From an uncultured archaeon (GTDB taxonomy: Archaea; Asgardarchaeota; Thorarchaeia; Thorarchaeales; Thorarchaeaceae): DNA of 64,000 nucleotides. The notes under the pieces are model-generated. The model saw only the letters and a program-made list of their open reading frames with translations. It ran no database searches and was not told the DNA's origin. The first letter of the stretch is position 1, and each line of letters starts with the position of its first letter. Below are positions 35,734 through 44,855 of the stretch, in pieces. Location: the NCBI GenBank assembly GCA_964631415.1, contig CAZVZC010000005.1:2018-66017 (forward strand). The letters are read 5' to 3'. The position numbers were made by a program, and so were the translations under genes.

Positions 35734-37635
35734 CTACTGCTCTCCTTGCCTTATCGCACCCTGTGGACAAACGGCGACACAACTGCCGCATATGTTGCAG
35801 AGCCTTTCATCGATTACAGCTTTGCCGCTATCGGGATCGAAGTACATTGCAGGACATGAATAGCGTGTAAGGCATCGCTTGCATCCGTTGCAGACAGTTG
35901 TTTCCACGTGGTATGGCTGGAGTATCTCTCCACTGCGGCTCCTCTCGGCAGCTGTAAGAATTGCACACGGTTCTCTGGACACCAGAACAGAGGGCTGCCT
36001 GTGTTCTCTGGTCCACGCCACCATTTGTCTGACCTCAGCAACCAAGTCAACCATCGAATCAAATGGCCTGACTATCCTCACATATTGTACTCCTAGCCCC
36101 TTACATACATCCGCTATGTCAAGTGGTGTGACTTTTTCCTGCATTCCAGTCAGACCTGTACCAGGATGAGGCTGCTGGCCAGTCATGGCAGTAGTGCGGT
36201 TGTCGAGAATCACGACACATATCGGGTGTTTGTTGTAGACTGCATTCACAATCCCTGGAAGGCCTGATGCAAAAAACGTGCTGTCACCGATAGTCGCTAC
36301 CACATCTTGACCTGTCACCTGTGCTATCCCGCATGCAGTCGTGATGGACGAACCCATATCGAATAGGATGTCTGCGGTTTCCAGTGGCGGAGCAATGCTG
36401 AGCGTGTAACACCCTATGTCTGAGGGGTAGATTGCTTTGCCTCTTGTGGCCGCTCGAATGGCATAGTAGGTAGTTCTGTGAGGGCAACCGGGGCAAAGAA
36501 GAGGAGGACGCGGGGGCAATGGTGGAATCTCGCGGGCTTTTGCGTCGATTGCCTCCCAATCGATAGGGGTCTTACGATTGAGAATCTTGCTCAGTGTTTC
36601 AATGACAATGCGTGGGCTGTACTCGTACGTTCTTGGGAAGTAGCCCTGATTCTTGCCGAGTATGTCCACAGTTATTCTGTTTAATTGTGCTATCTGACGT
36701 ACTTGGGTTTCTAGAAATGGTTCTAGCTCTTCGACAACTATGACAGTCGTATGACGTTGTAGAAATTCGGAAATCATGTGTTGTGGAATGGGGTGTGTCA
36801 GTCCGAGCTTTAGTACTTCGGCTTGAACATTCATCATGAAGAGTGCTTCGACGACATAGTTGTATGCAACTCCGCTTGCGATGATCCCAAGGCTTCCACT
36901 ACCTGAAGAGAGATTCAATCGTGTTGACTCGGACATCTCCAGAGCCTTTTCCATCTGTGCAAGGAGCCATGGGTGCCGCTTGTATGCCACAGATGGTATT
37001 GGTACAAACCTGAATGGGTCCTTAATGAACTGGACCTTGTTCGGTCTCTCTCGTATTGGGCCTAGGTGTACCGGGGACCGTGAATGGTTGACTCGAGTAG
37101 TTGTACGAAATATCACCGGTAGTTCTAGCTGTTCAGAGATGTCGTAGGCTTGGAGAAGCATGGACTTGGCTTCTGACGGATCTGACGGCTCAAGCATAGG
37201 TGCGTTGGCCATCAAGGCGTAGAAGCGTGAGTCATTCTCATTTTGAGAGCTCCACATACTTGGATCGTCGGCGACAAGAATTACCATTCCAGCACGCACA
37301 CCGACGTATGCCAACGAGAGCAACGGATCAGCTGCCACGTTTAGTCCTGGTCCCTTGCAGACCATCAGAGACCTCACTCCTGCAATCGCCGCCGCCCCAG
37401 CGACTTCCATTGCAACTTTCTCATTTGTGCTGAACTCGAAGTAGAAGTTTGGAATGTGTGGTGCCATAGCTGTAAGATTGTTGCCAATCTCACTGCTCGG
37501 AGTTCCGGGGTAGAGAGCAACTAGGCGTACTCCAGCTTCTACGACGCCACGTGCTATTGCTTCGTTGGCGAGCAGTAACACTGTTTTCCCGGGCTCGTTC
37601 TGCAGTAGATCCATTGCTCGAGTCAATGTGTGCAA
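35734..37635 (-). CDS. iorA: Indolepyruvate:ferredoxin oxidoreductase subunit alpha
   Basis: 633 aa. It has the TPP-binding region and C-terminal 2x[4Fe-4S] motifs (CNGCKRCLTRYSCP and CNICGSCVAVCP). The likely true start is the ATG at 37614 (MDLLQNEPGKTVLLLANEAIARG). Confidence 0.9.
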   Translation of the reverse strand: MHTLTRAMDLLQNEPGKTVLLLANEAIARGVVEAGVRLVALYPGTPSSEIGNNLTAMAPHIPNFYFEFSTNEKVAMEVAGAAAIAGVRSLMVCKGPGLNVAADPLLSLAYVGVRAGMVILVADDPSMWSSQNENDSRFYALMANAPMLEPSDPSEAKSMLLQAYDISEQLELPVIFRTTTRVNHSRSPVHLGPIRERPNKVQFIKDPFRFVPIPSVAYKRHPWLLAQMEKALEMSESTRLNLSSGSGSLGIIASGVAYNYVVEALFMMNVQAEVLKLGLTHPIPQHMISEFLQRHTTVIVVEELEPFLETQVRQIAQLNRITVDILGKNQGYFPRTYEYSPRIVIETLSKILNRKTPIDWEAIDAKAREIPPLPPRPPLLCPGCPHRTTYYAIRAATRGKAIYPSDIGCYTLSIAPPLETADILFDMGSSITTACGIAQVTGQDVVATIGDSTFFASGLPGIVNAVYNKHPICVVILDNRTTAMTGQQPHPGTGLTGMQEKVTPLDIADVCKGLGVQYVRIVRPFDSMVDLVAEVRQMVAWTREHRQPSVLVSREPCAILTAAERSRSGEILQPYHVETTVCNGCKRCLTRYSCPAMYFDPDSGKAVIDERLCNICGSCVAVCPQGAIRQGEQ

Positions 37636-37750
37636 CCTCTTCGGGGGCCCTTAGAACAGACAACCACGCATCAGTCTTCCGGTACTTGACACGGAAACAG
37701 TACTTGCTTCATCCGAATTAACGACCACTTACCCTCCAATCGGCTTGACG

Positions 37751-37765
37751 TTAGAACACGTGTTC
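37751..37765. promoter_or_regulatory. Palindromic element TTAGAACACGTGTTC (core GAACACGTGTTC) upstream of iorA
   Basis: A perfect 12-bp palindrome lies at 37754-37765. A 14/15-identical copy is at 37998-38012, and a half-site TTAGAACA is at 37651-37658. Confidence 0.4.
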
Positions 37766-37997
37766 CAAGTTGACCACAACCCCTTCGTTTCCGATGGAAG
37801 CAATATGATTATTTGGTTGAACAGATGGCGAAAAGTATAAATAGAGGTTTATGTAGCTGGTGTTTATCTACATTTTATCAGATTCTAGAGAATCTCGCTG
37901 AAACATGTCTACTGCAGTGGTTGCATTGGAAGCCGAGGGGAGTAGGAGGTTTTTTGCCAAACAACAACAGCGCATCTCTGACCTCCAACTATTACCA

Positions 37998-38012
37998 TTA
38001 GAACACGTGGTC
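37998..38012. promoter_or_regulatory. Second copy of the TTAGAACACGTG[G]TC element
   Basis: See the previous feature. This copy lies about 25 nt beyond the stop of the 96-aa gene at 38037..38327(-). Confidence 0.35.
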
Positions 38013-38036
38013 TACTACGCTCGTCGGTTGCGTTTT

Positions 38037-38327
38037 CTACTGTGCGTCCGTCAGTACCTCATACACTCGCGTTTCAAGGATGTCCTGATACGTCTTAAAC
38101 AGTGCATCAAACACTGATCTGTGCTCCTCTGGTACAAGTATCGCGGAATCCGTTACAGCCCTCGCACCTACACATTCGTCTAACAGTCCTCTTCTTCGCC
38201 CCTGTTTGATTCCTGCTCTTGTTCTCCAAGAATAGTCGAATCCATAGAGATCCTTCGTGAACGAAACCCTCCTTGCGTTTCTTTGCCGTGCACGTCTGCA
38301 ATCATAGAGGTAGAGGTAATAGACCAA
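38037..38327 (-). CDS. Hypothetical small basic protein (96 aa)
   Basis: ORF only: MVYYLYLYDCRRARQRNARRVSFTKDLYGFDYSWRTRAGIKQGRRRGLLDE...DSAILVPEEH. I assign no family with confidence. Confidence 0.4.
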   Translation of the reverse strand: MVYYLYLYDCRRARQRNARRVSFTKDLYGFDYSWRTRAGIKQGRRRGLLDECVGARAVTDSAILVPEEHRSVFDALFKTYQDILETRVYEVLTDAQ

Positions 38328-38485
38328 AGCGCTTGCCCATCACTGATAGCATATAGCTCTGCTTTGACTTCTAGTGTTACAATGCTCAGCATGGAAAGCT
38401 TAAAGCGCAGACAGATTCTCGCTCGAGTGCTCGGCTACAGCAGTCAGGGTACTTGTGACAATGATGTTTACACGGAGGGATCTTC

Positions 38486-39790
38486 GTGAATGTAATCGGT
38501 CTACGAAAGGAAGAGAAACTCTTCGAGAGCCGTGTTCCTATAATTCCGGAGCATGTGGGCGAGCTCACTCGCAAACACAAAATCAACTTCCTTATCGAAC
38601 CGAGTGAACAACGTGCATTCAATGCTGAAGAGTACAAGAGCATGGAAGCCGACATGGCGCAGCTCAAGGGCGGTCCTGCCCAGGTTATTCTGGGCATAAA
38701 GGAGATGCCCGATGATTTCTTTGAACCTGCTAAGGTGTATCTGTTCTTTAGTCACACAATAAAGGGGCAACGTCACAATATGCCCATGCTAAGGAGCATA
38801 CTAGATGCCAAAAGTACCCTAATAGACTACGAGAGAATTGTAGACGAAACTGGCAAGAGACTCATCTTCTTTGGCAACTGGGCAGGAATGGCAGGTATGT
38901 CGGACACACTGCATATTCTTGGCCAACGTTTCGATATCGAACGAATAAAGCCTAACCCCTTTCATATCATGAAACCTACCCTAGGACATAAGGACTTACA
39001 CGAGCTAAGAGATGGCTTCAAAGCTTTGGCCAAACAGATTGAGAGTGAAGGCCTGCCCAGAAGCCTCGATCCGTTTGTGGTAGGTTTTGCTGGCTACGGA
39101 AACGTTTCGAAGGGAGCGCAAGAACTCTTTGACATTCTCCCCCACGAATCAGTCGACCCAGAACAAATCCACAAGGCACCCCGCAATCGTCATCTGCTGT
39201 ACAAGTGTGTGTTTAGAGAGGAGGATATGGTAGAGCCAGTCGATGCACAGACGAAATTCAATCTCCAAGATTACTACGAGTATGGAACAATCAAATACAG
39301 AGGTACATTCGAACGCTACATACCCTATCTGACCGTACTCATGAACTGCATCTATTGGTCTGACAAATACCCTCGTCTAGTCACGAAGAAGTTCATTTCA
39401 GCTCATTGGGGTAACAAGCACCGCAAGCTTCGCGTCATCGGAGACATCTCCTGCGACATCGAAGGTGCTATCGAGTTCACCCTAGAAGCAACCAACCCGG
39501 GCGAACCAGCATTTACCTACCTCGTTAATGAGGATTGCACAGTAAAAGGCGTATCCGGGCACGGCCCTGTCGTCATGGCAGTGGACAATCTACCCTGCGA
39601 ACTACCACGGGAGTCGTCCGCTTCATTCAGCTCAACGCTCGTCAAGTTCGTCCCGGCATTAGCAAATGCAGATTTCACGTTGCCATTCGACCGTCTCAAT
39701 CTGCCAAGGGAACTGAAGGATGCGACCATTGTCTATCAAGGACAACTGACAAAGAACTACGAGTACCTGAAAGACCACTTACGAAAATAA
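38486..39790 (+). CDS. Lysine-ketoglutarate reductase-like protein (AlaDH/PNT-fold, LKR half of the saccharopine pathway)
   Basis: GLRKEEKLFESRVPIIPEHV, FFSHTIKGQRHNMPML, LIDYERI and FFGNWAGMAGM parallel the LKR domain of eukaryotic AASS (from memory: FFSHTIKAQ..NM.LLD, LIDYEKM, FG.WAGVAGM). Confidence 0.75.
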   Translation: MNVIGLRKEEKLFESRVPIIPEHVGELTRKHKINFLIEPSEQRAFNAEEYKSMEADMAQLKGGPAQVILGIKEMPDDFFEPAKVYLFFSHTIKGQRHNMPMLRSILDAKSTLIDYERIVDETGKRLIFFGNWAGMAGMSDTLHILGQRFDIERIKPNPFHIMKPTLGHKDLHELRDGFKALAKQIESEGLPRSLDPFVVGFAGYGNVSKGAQELFDILPHESVDPEQIHKAPRNRHLLYKCVFREEDMVEPVDAQTKFNLQDYYEYGTIKYRGTFERYIPYLTVLMNCIYWSDKYPRLVTKKFISAHWGNKHRKLRVIGDISCDIEGAIEFTLEATNPGEPAFTYLVNEDCTVKGVSGHGPVVMAVDNLPCELPRESSASFSSTLVKFVPALANADFTLPFDRLNLPRELKDATIVYQGQLTKNYEYLKDHLRK

Positions 39791-39803
39791 TGGAGGCTGG
39801 ACA

Positions 39804-41120
39804 ATGAAGACCGTACTATGTCTAGGTGCAGGGCTTGTAGCACGTCCTTACGTACACTACCTCTGCGAACATGGCTTTCATGTCATTATTGCGAGCAGAA
39901 CAATGGACAAGATCGAACATGTGATACAAGGTTCCGATAACACTGAACCTGTCAAGTTTGACATAAAGACCGATGATCAGCTGCTGGATCAACTCACCTC
40001 AAGAGCAGACGTAGTCTGTTCACTGCTCCCCTACATTCATCACGTCAAGGCTGCGAGAGTCGCTATCCGACATCGAAAACCCTTCTGCACTACGTCGTAT
40101 ATTTCAGACGAGATGAAGACACTTGATAGAGAGGCTAGGGACGCAGGGATTGTCGTACTGAACGAGTGTGGTGTCGATCCAGGCATCGATCACATGAGTG
40201 CCATGAAGATTATCAATCAAGTCCACAAGAAAGCCGGCAAGATACTCAGCTTCACCTCATTCACGGGAGGTCTACCTGCACCTGAGGCAAACAACAATCC
40301 GTTTGGCTACAAGGTTTCTTGGACCCCGAGAGGAGTCTTGCTAGCCGGCAGAAACGATGCACACTTTCTCAGAAACGGCAAAGAGGTCATCATTCCAGGC
40401 CGAGACCTCTTTGACAACTACGAGATAACAGAGATTGCCGGTGCCGGTAGATTTGAGGTATATCCTAACCGTGACAGCATCTCTTACATCGACATATACG
40501 GAATCAGGGAAACCAAGACAATGCTGAGAGGAACCCTGAGGAATATCGGGTGGTGTAGCACGCTGAAGAAGATAGCCGATCTCGGACTACTAGACATCGA
40601 AGAGAGGTCTCTTGAAGACTTGACTTATGCCGGATTAATGCAACAGCTCGTTTCTGCCGGTGAATCTAATCTCCTCGACGCTGTAGCATCGACCACTAAG
40701 CTAACACCGACAGATCCAATAATCTCGCGTCTTCAGTGGCTCGGACTCTTTGCTGACAAGAAGATTCCCACAGGAACCACCACAAGACTGGATGCACTCT
40801 GTCATCTCTTTGAGGAGAAGATGCAATATGCTCCTAGTGAGCGTGACATGCTTATCATGCACCATGAGTTCACTGTCAAGTACCCAAACCAAAAAGACAG
40901 AATCACGTCCACACTGATTGACTATGGAATCCCGAATGGTGATAGTTCCATGTCAAGGACAGTGACCACTCCAGTAGCCATAGCGACCCGGATGATACTG
41001 GAAGGGAAGCTCTCACTCACAGGAGTTGTTCGTCCAACCGTGCCCGAGCTCTACGAGCCAATACTGAATGAGCTCCAGACCCACGGTATTCGGTTCAATG
41101 AACATACACAACGGCTCTGA
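39804..41120 (+). CDS. Saccharopine dehydrogenase (glutamate-forming type, LYS9/AASS-SDH-like)
   Basis: KTVLCLGAGLVARP, TTSYISDEM, NECGVDPGIDHM, GGLPAPEANNNPFGYKVSWTPRGVLLAGRN, YPNRDS and RGTLRNIGW closely parallel yeast Lys9 and the human AASS C-terminal domain. Confidence 0.85.
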   Translation: MKTVLCLGAGLVARPYVHYLCEHGFHVIIASRTMDKIEHVIQGSDNTEPVKFDIKTDDQLLDQLTSRADVVCSLLPYIHHVKAARVAIRHRKPFCTTSYISDEMKTLDREARDAGIVVLNECGVDPGIDHMSAMKIINQVHKKAGKILSFTSFTGGLPAPEANNNPFGYKVSWTPRGVLLAGRNDAHFLRNGKEVIIPGRDLFDNYEITEIAGAGRFEVYPNRDSISYIDIYGIRETKTMLRGTLRNIGWCSTLKKIADLGLLDIEERSLEDLTYAGLMQQLVSAGESNLLDAVASTTKLTPTDPIISRLQWLGLFADKKIPTGTTTRLDALCHLFEEKMQYAPSERDMLIMHHEFTVKYPNQKDRITSTLIDYGIPNGDSSMSRTVTTPVAIATRMILEGKLSLTGVVRPTVPELYEPILNELQTHGIRFNEHTQRL

Positions 41121-41165
41121 AACCGCATCTCAGGGCCTTTCGTTCGTAGGGTCTTCCGGCGGCAG

Positions 41166-41792
41166 TTACTCCTTCACATGTACCTGTATAGCCTCTAGAA
41201 TACTCTCTGCCCGAGCTATCTCCTGCTGAACTTCGTCCAGTTCTGTTCTCAGCCTGTATGTGTATCCCGAGCGATTCCCGAATCTCTCCAGATGTCCCTT
41301 TCCATCGTTCCACATGCGAGCGAGATAAGTTGAGGCTGTGCTCTTGGGCAGTTCCTCACTGAATGTAGTTTCATAAATCTCAGCCACATCAAGTGACGAG
41401 AACTTACCGTGTTTGAACGAGGCATATATGACAACCTGCATTCTCTCATAGTTGCTCAGCGACTCAAAATCGCTTTCACCGGTTGCGCTTTCGGCTGTTT
41501 CTGCCGCAGGCACAAAGCTGTACCCAGTACTGGTTTCTAGGAACACTCTGAATTTCCCAAGCATTTCCTCGACAGTACCCTTTACCTGCAGACTCGACTC
41601 TTCTCCACTAGACTCGTCAGAGATCACCACTTTGAAGTCAAAGGGTGACTGAGTCAGTGCGAGGATCTTGCGAAAACGGGCTAAGGCCTCATCAGGTCTG
41701 ACATACTTACACTGAAAGATTTCCCGGAGACCTGGTCCTGAACTATACGTGAACTCGTACACGTAATTGGTTCTGTTGTCATCCGCCAACAT
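41166..41792 (-). CDS. Hypothetical protein with a C-terminal winged-helix (MarR-like) domain
   Basis: 208 aa. The C-terminal segment ERMQVVIYASFKHGKFSSLDVAEIYETTFSEELPKSTASTYLARMWNDGKGHLERFGNRSGYTYRL has a wHTH pattern. Its start codon is embedded in the first ATTCACAC copy. Confidence 0.5.
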   Translation of the reverse strand: MLADDNRTNYVYEFTYSSGPGLREIFQCKYVRPDEALARFRKILALTQSPFDFKVVISDESSGEESSLQVKGTVEEMLGKFRVFLETSTGYSFVPAAETAESATGESDFESLSNYERMQVVIYASFKHGKFSSLDVAEIYETTFSEELPKSTASTYLARMWNDGKGHLERFGNRSGYTYRLRTELDEVQQEIARAESILEAIQVHVKE

Positions 41793-42266
41793 TCACACCC
41801 GCCCTGTTCACAAGAGTTGATTGTGGCTCAGAGTATTCACACCTTTCAAGTTTCAAGAGCAAATAAGTGTGAGTGTGTGAATTGCGAATATCCTGATAAT
41901 GACTGGATAGCATATTCGCTGTGCCGCAAGCCACTCCTACCAGTATCAAGAAGACGCAGGCCAGGTTACAACCGAAAGGAGCCATTGCAACACTATCCGT
42001 GCTCGCATTGCCTCAAATGCGTAATTCTCCACGTTTCCTACTATTCACACATTTAACAGCTCTGTGAATGTGTTTGCAATTCCTCATATGCCTTCTATCT
42101 CCGTTCCATAGGAAACGAGGGGGTGTCACCATTCACATAGTCAAACGACTTTATACGACCTTCATTGGTCAATATGCATCAACTTAGACCTATTTCGCCG
42201 AGTAGATTCACACAAAAGGCGCCATTCACACGTTTCGGGTGTGAATGACTGTTGACCCCGTGAATT
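41791..42266. promoter_or_regulatory. Array of ATTCACAC / GTGTGAAT octamers in a 480-bp intergenic region
   Basis: Perfect copies are at 41791, 41835, 42043, 42206 and 42224 (plus strand) and at 41875-41882 and 42239-42246 (minus strand). One-mismatch copies are at 42062-42069 and 42131-42138; a two-mismatch copy (AATTCACG) is at 42259-42266. Three copies form inverted pairs, for example ATTCACACgtttcggGTGTGAAT at 42224-42246. Confidence 0.6.
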
Positions 42267-42272
42267 GTGACA

Positions 42273-43307
42273 CTATCCAATCGGTATTAGATAGTCGGAA
42301 GGATTCTCCCCCAGAACCAGCTGCGAGAAACCTTCACCTGTTGAAGCGACAGTGACAGACTCGAGTCTTCCTCGAGCCATGACATTTTCCCCATTGGACA
42401 CTTGTTCCGTGAATCGTCCTCGATAGCTAATAATCTGTCTAAGCGTCGGTATCTGATTACATTTGACAATGTAGGCACAAGGAGTGAATATCGAGTCGTC
42501 ATCATTTACGACCACACTCTGGACTGAACGGATTCCTAAGTTTCTGAACACAAGGTCCCCGTAACCATAGGCCATCTCATTCTTGAGCTTGACATTCCTG
42601 ATAAAAAAGTCATAAGACTCGAACACCCCGTGAAGGACCTTCTTAGCCTCTATGACTGTAAGAAGCGCTTTCCAATCTGTGTTTAGCCCCCATCTATCAG
42701 CGACGATACGATCAAGCGCCGCACCGAAGTAGTGGCTCAAACCAGGAACTCGTTCAGCACTTCGCAGGAAGGAGAGGGCTCTCTTCGCAGCCACAGTTCC
42801 GTATACGACTAGATCAATGTCCGAACCCTTAACTGGCAATCCCGCAAGCTGTGATCCGCTGAGACCGATATCTGACCAATTCAAACCCGCCCCTTGCACG
42901 AGTATCTGAGACAGTCTGACTGATGCCCTCTGCAGGCCCGTGACGTTCTCGCCTTTGTCCTTGATGCCGCCCAAGCAGCTGACCGGGTCCAGTACACACG
43001 AGATGTGGTCAAGCGGGACAGTCTGTAGTCGTCTCCCATAAACCTCGTCGTACCAAAGATACTCTGGACGCTCATCTCTTAGATAGGCCTCACGGTCTTC
43101 AAGAGAGTAAACCTTCTTGTATCTCACCCCGTCGACCGAACGCCTATCACCATCACTGGTTGGGATATACCTAAGGTATGCAACCACACGGCCCGGGGGA
43201 TGGGTGCTCCCCTTGACTTCAAAAACGTGGGCATCCCAAGTGACTATGAATTGGCCTTCCAGGAGATCGCTATTCAACCCAATCATCCTCTTGACATCAG
43301 ATGACAT
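42273..43307 (-). CDS. Predicted nucleotidyltransferase (Pol-beta superfamily, COG1665-like) with a C-terminal OB-like region
   Basis: 344 aa. Nucleotidyltransferase signature GSQLAGLPVKGSDIDLVVYG. The remainder has no motif I can name. Confidence 0.5.
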   Translation of the reverse strand: MSSDVKRMIGLNSDLLEGQFIVTWDAHVFEVKGSTHPPGRVVAYLRYIPTSDGDRRSVDGVRYKKVYSLEDREAYLRDERPEYLWYDEVYGRRLQTVPLDHISCVLDPVSCLGGIKDKGENVTGLQRASVRLSQILVQGAGLNWSDIGLSGSQLAGLPVKGSDIDLVVYGTVAAKRALSFLRSAERVPGLSHYFGAALDRIVADRWGLNTDWKALLTVIEAKKVLHGVFESYDFFIRNVKLKNEMAYGYGDLVFRNLGIRSVQSVVVNDDDSIFTPCAYIVKCNQIPTLRQIISYRGRFTEQVSNGENVMARGRLESVTVASTGEGFSQLVLGENPSDYLIPIG

Positions 43308-43335
43308 TTAAAGCCTGTACATCACAGTTTCGATT

Positions 43336-44550
43336 ATGGTCGGCAAGCTGGACATCAAGCCCGACTTCGGTGTGTTTGATGCATACCCTGATCTCGCATA
43401 CTTCGATTCCGCGAGCACTGCCCTTGTTCCCAAGAATTCTGTCAAAGCCACTGCCGACTTCCTGAATACAATCGCTGTGTCATCACGCCGTGGTGCTCAT
43501 AGACTGGCAGTCAAAGGCAGCACCATTGTGGAAAATGTTCGTACTTCTTTAGCCAAGTTCATGAACACGGACAAGTCACAGATTTCGTTCCATGCTACAG
43601 TCCCGTGCACTGTTGCATCATTTGCATACGGCTACGACTGGCATAGAGAAGGACGCAACCAGATTGTGATTGCTCAGAGCGAAGAACACTCCGTACTGGT
43701 CGCACTCCTCAGAGTGGCTCAAGTTCTCAACCTTGTTGTCAAGATTGCTCCTGTCGACCAAATGGGCATTCTAGACACAGAGGCATTAGAAACGTTAGTG
43801 AACCGACAGACTGGCATTGTTGCCGTTGGTCATATGGCCGCTGGTGTCGGTGTCCACAATCCTCTTCCCGAAGTGGCACACATCACCCATGAGAACGGAG
43901 CCATGTTACTCACGGATGCAACACGATCATTCAATTTTGGAAATGACCCACTCCATTCATTGGGGATGGACGTGCTCATCTCATCCGGCAATGTCAGTTT
44001 CATGAGTCCTCCCGGGCTCGTGATACAATGGATGGACAAGAACGTGGGCATGAGCCACGTCCCTGGAGTGATTGGTGGCTCTGCTATTGGCAACGTCACA
44101 CCCCCCTCCTACGACATCGCGATGCAGCCTGACAAGTTCGAGTCAGGGATAATCAATGTGCCTGCAATCGCTGGCCTTGGGGCGGCACTTGAATACATCC
44201 GTACTCTTCAGCCAAGAGGCCTACTACAGCACATGGTGGCATTATCACGATATATGGCTAATCGGCTTGCAGAAACGGAGGGTCTTGTCGTGTATGGGTC
44301 GCACAACGACAGTTCCACCATATTCAGTTTCAACATTGCAGGAAACAACAGAATCAGCTGCCACGATGTTTCACTGTTTCTTGACCAGTCTAATGTAGCT
44401 GTCCGCAGCGGTCTCCTGTGTGCGCATCCTTTCGTGCAGTTTCTTGCCGAAGAGGGGGTCGTCCAAGCATCACTTCACGCTTACAATTCCCTAGATGATA
44501 TTGATCGCCTAGCAGACTCTCTACGACTGATAGTTAATCAGCTCGTTTAG
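43336..44550 (+). CDS. Class V aminotransferase / cysteine-desulfurase-like protein (PLP lysine apparently absent)
   Basis: YFDSASTALVP, THENGAMLLTDAT and the Cys-loop VRSGLLCAHPF are SufS/NifS-like. The position of the SGHK motif reads ISSGNVSFMSPPG, with no lysine. Confidence 0.65.
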   Translation: MVGKLDIKPDFGVFDAYPDLAYFDSASTALVPKNSVKATADFLNTIAVSSRRGAHRLAVKGSTIVENVRTSLAKFMNTDKSQISFHATVPCTVASFAYGYDWHREGRNQIVIAQSEEHSVLVALLRVAQVLNLVVKIAPVDQMGILDTEALETLVNRQTGIVAVGHMAAGVGVHNPLPEVAHITHENGAMLLTDATRSFNFGNDPLHSLGMDVLISSGNVSFMSPPGLVIQWMDKNVGMSHVPGVIGGSAIGNVTPPSYDIAMQPDKFESGIINVPAIAGLGAALEYIRTLQPRGLLQHMVALSRYMANRLAETEGLVVYGSHNDSSTIFSFNIAGNNRISCHDVSLFLDQSNVAVRSGLLCAHPFVQFLAEEGVVQASLHAYNSLDDIDRLADSLRLIVNQLV

Positions 44551-44563
44551 TAGACTCATACGG

Positions 44564-44812
44564 TCATCCCAGACCGAAGACAGGCGGATACATCACAAAG
44601 TACTGAACGACAACAGTGAGCAGAATACCGCTCAAAACCAGCTGCTTGCCCCTTGAGGCATTCACTTCCGTTAGCCATAGAATCGCCCCGACAAGAACAA
44701 CGATGACCGATGAGATTCTGCCCACAAAAAGAAGGAACGCCCATATCTCTCCAAGGTGTTCGGCAATGATGTTTGCGAAGTCTACCAAAGGGCTAAGAAT
44801 CCACAGTGACAT
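44564..44812 (-). CDS. Hypothetical small membrane protein (2 hydrophobic helices)
   Basis: 82-aa ORF: WAFLLFVGRISSVIVVLVGAILWL...LVLSGILLTVVVQYFVMY. Confidence 0.4.
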   Translation of the reverse strand: MSLWILSPLVDFANIIAEHLGEIWAFLLFVGRISSVIVVLVGAILWLTEVNASRGKQLVLSGILLTVVVQYFVMYPPVFGLG

Positions 44813-44855
44813 GGCAATCCTCAGAGAGTAGTCTTGAACTCTGTATTTAAGCCCG

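Noticed and set aside
44564-44812. 82-aa two-helix membrane protein as a VirB2/TrbC-like pilin partner of the HerA/VirB4-class ATPase
   Set aside because: The resemblance is limited to size and two hydrophobic helices. It is separated from the ATPase by three housekeeping genes (glmS, rps10 and the isopentenyl phosphate kinase gene).
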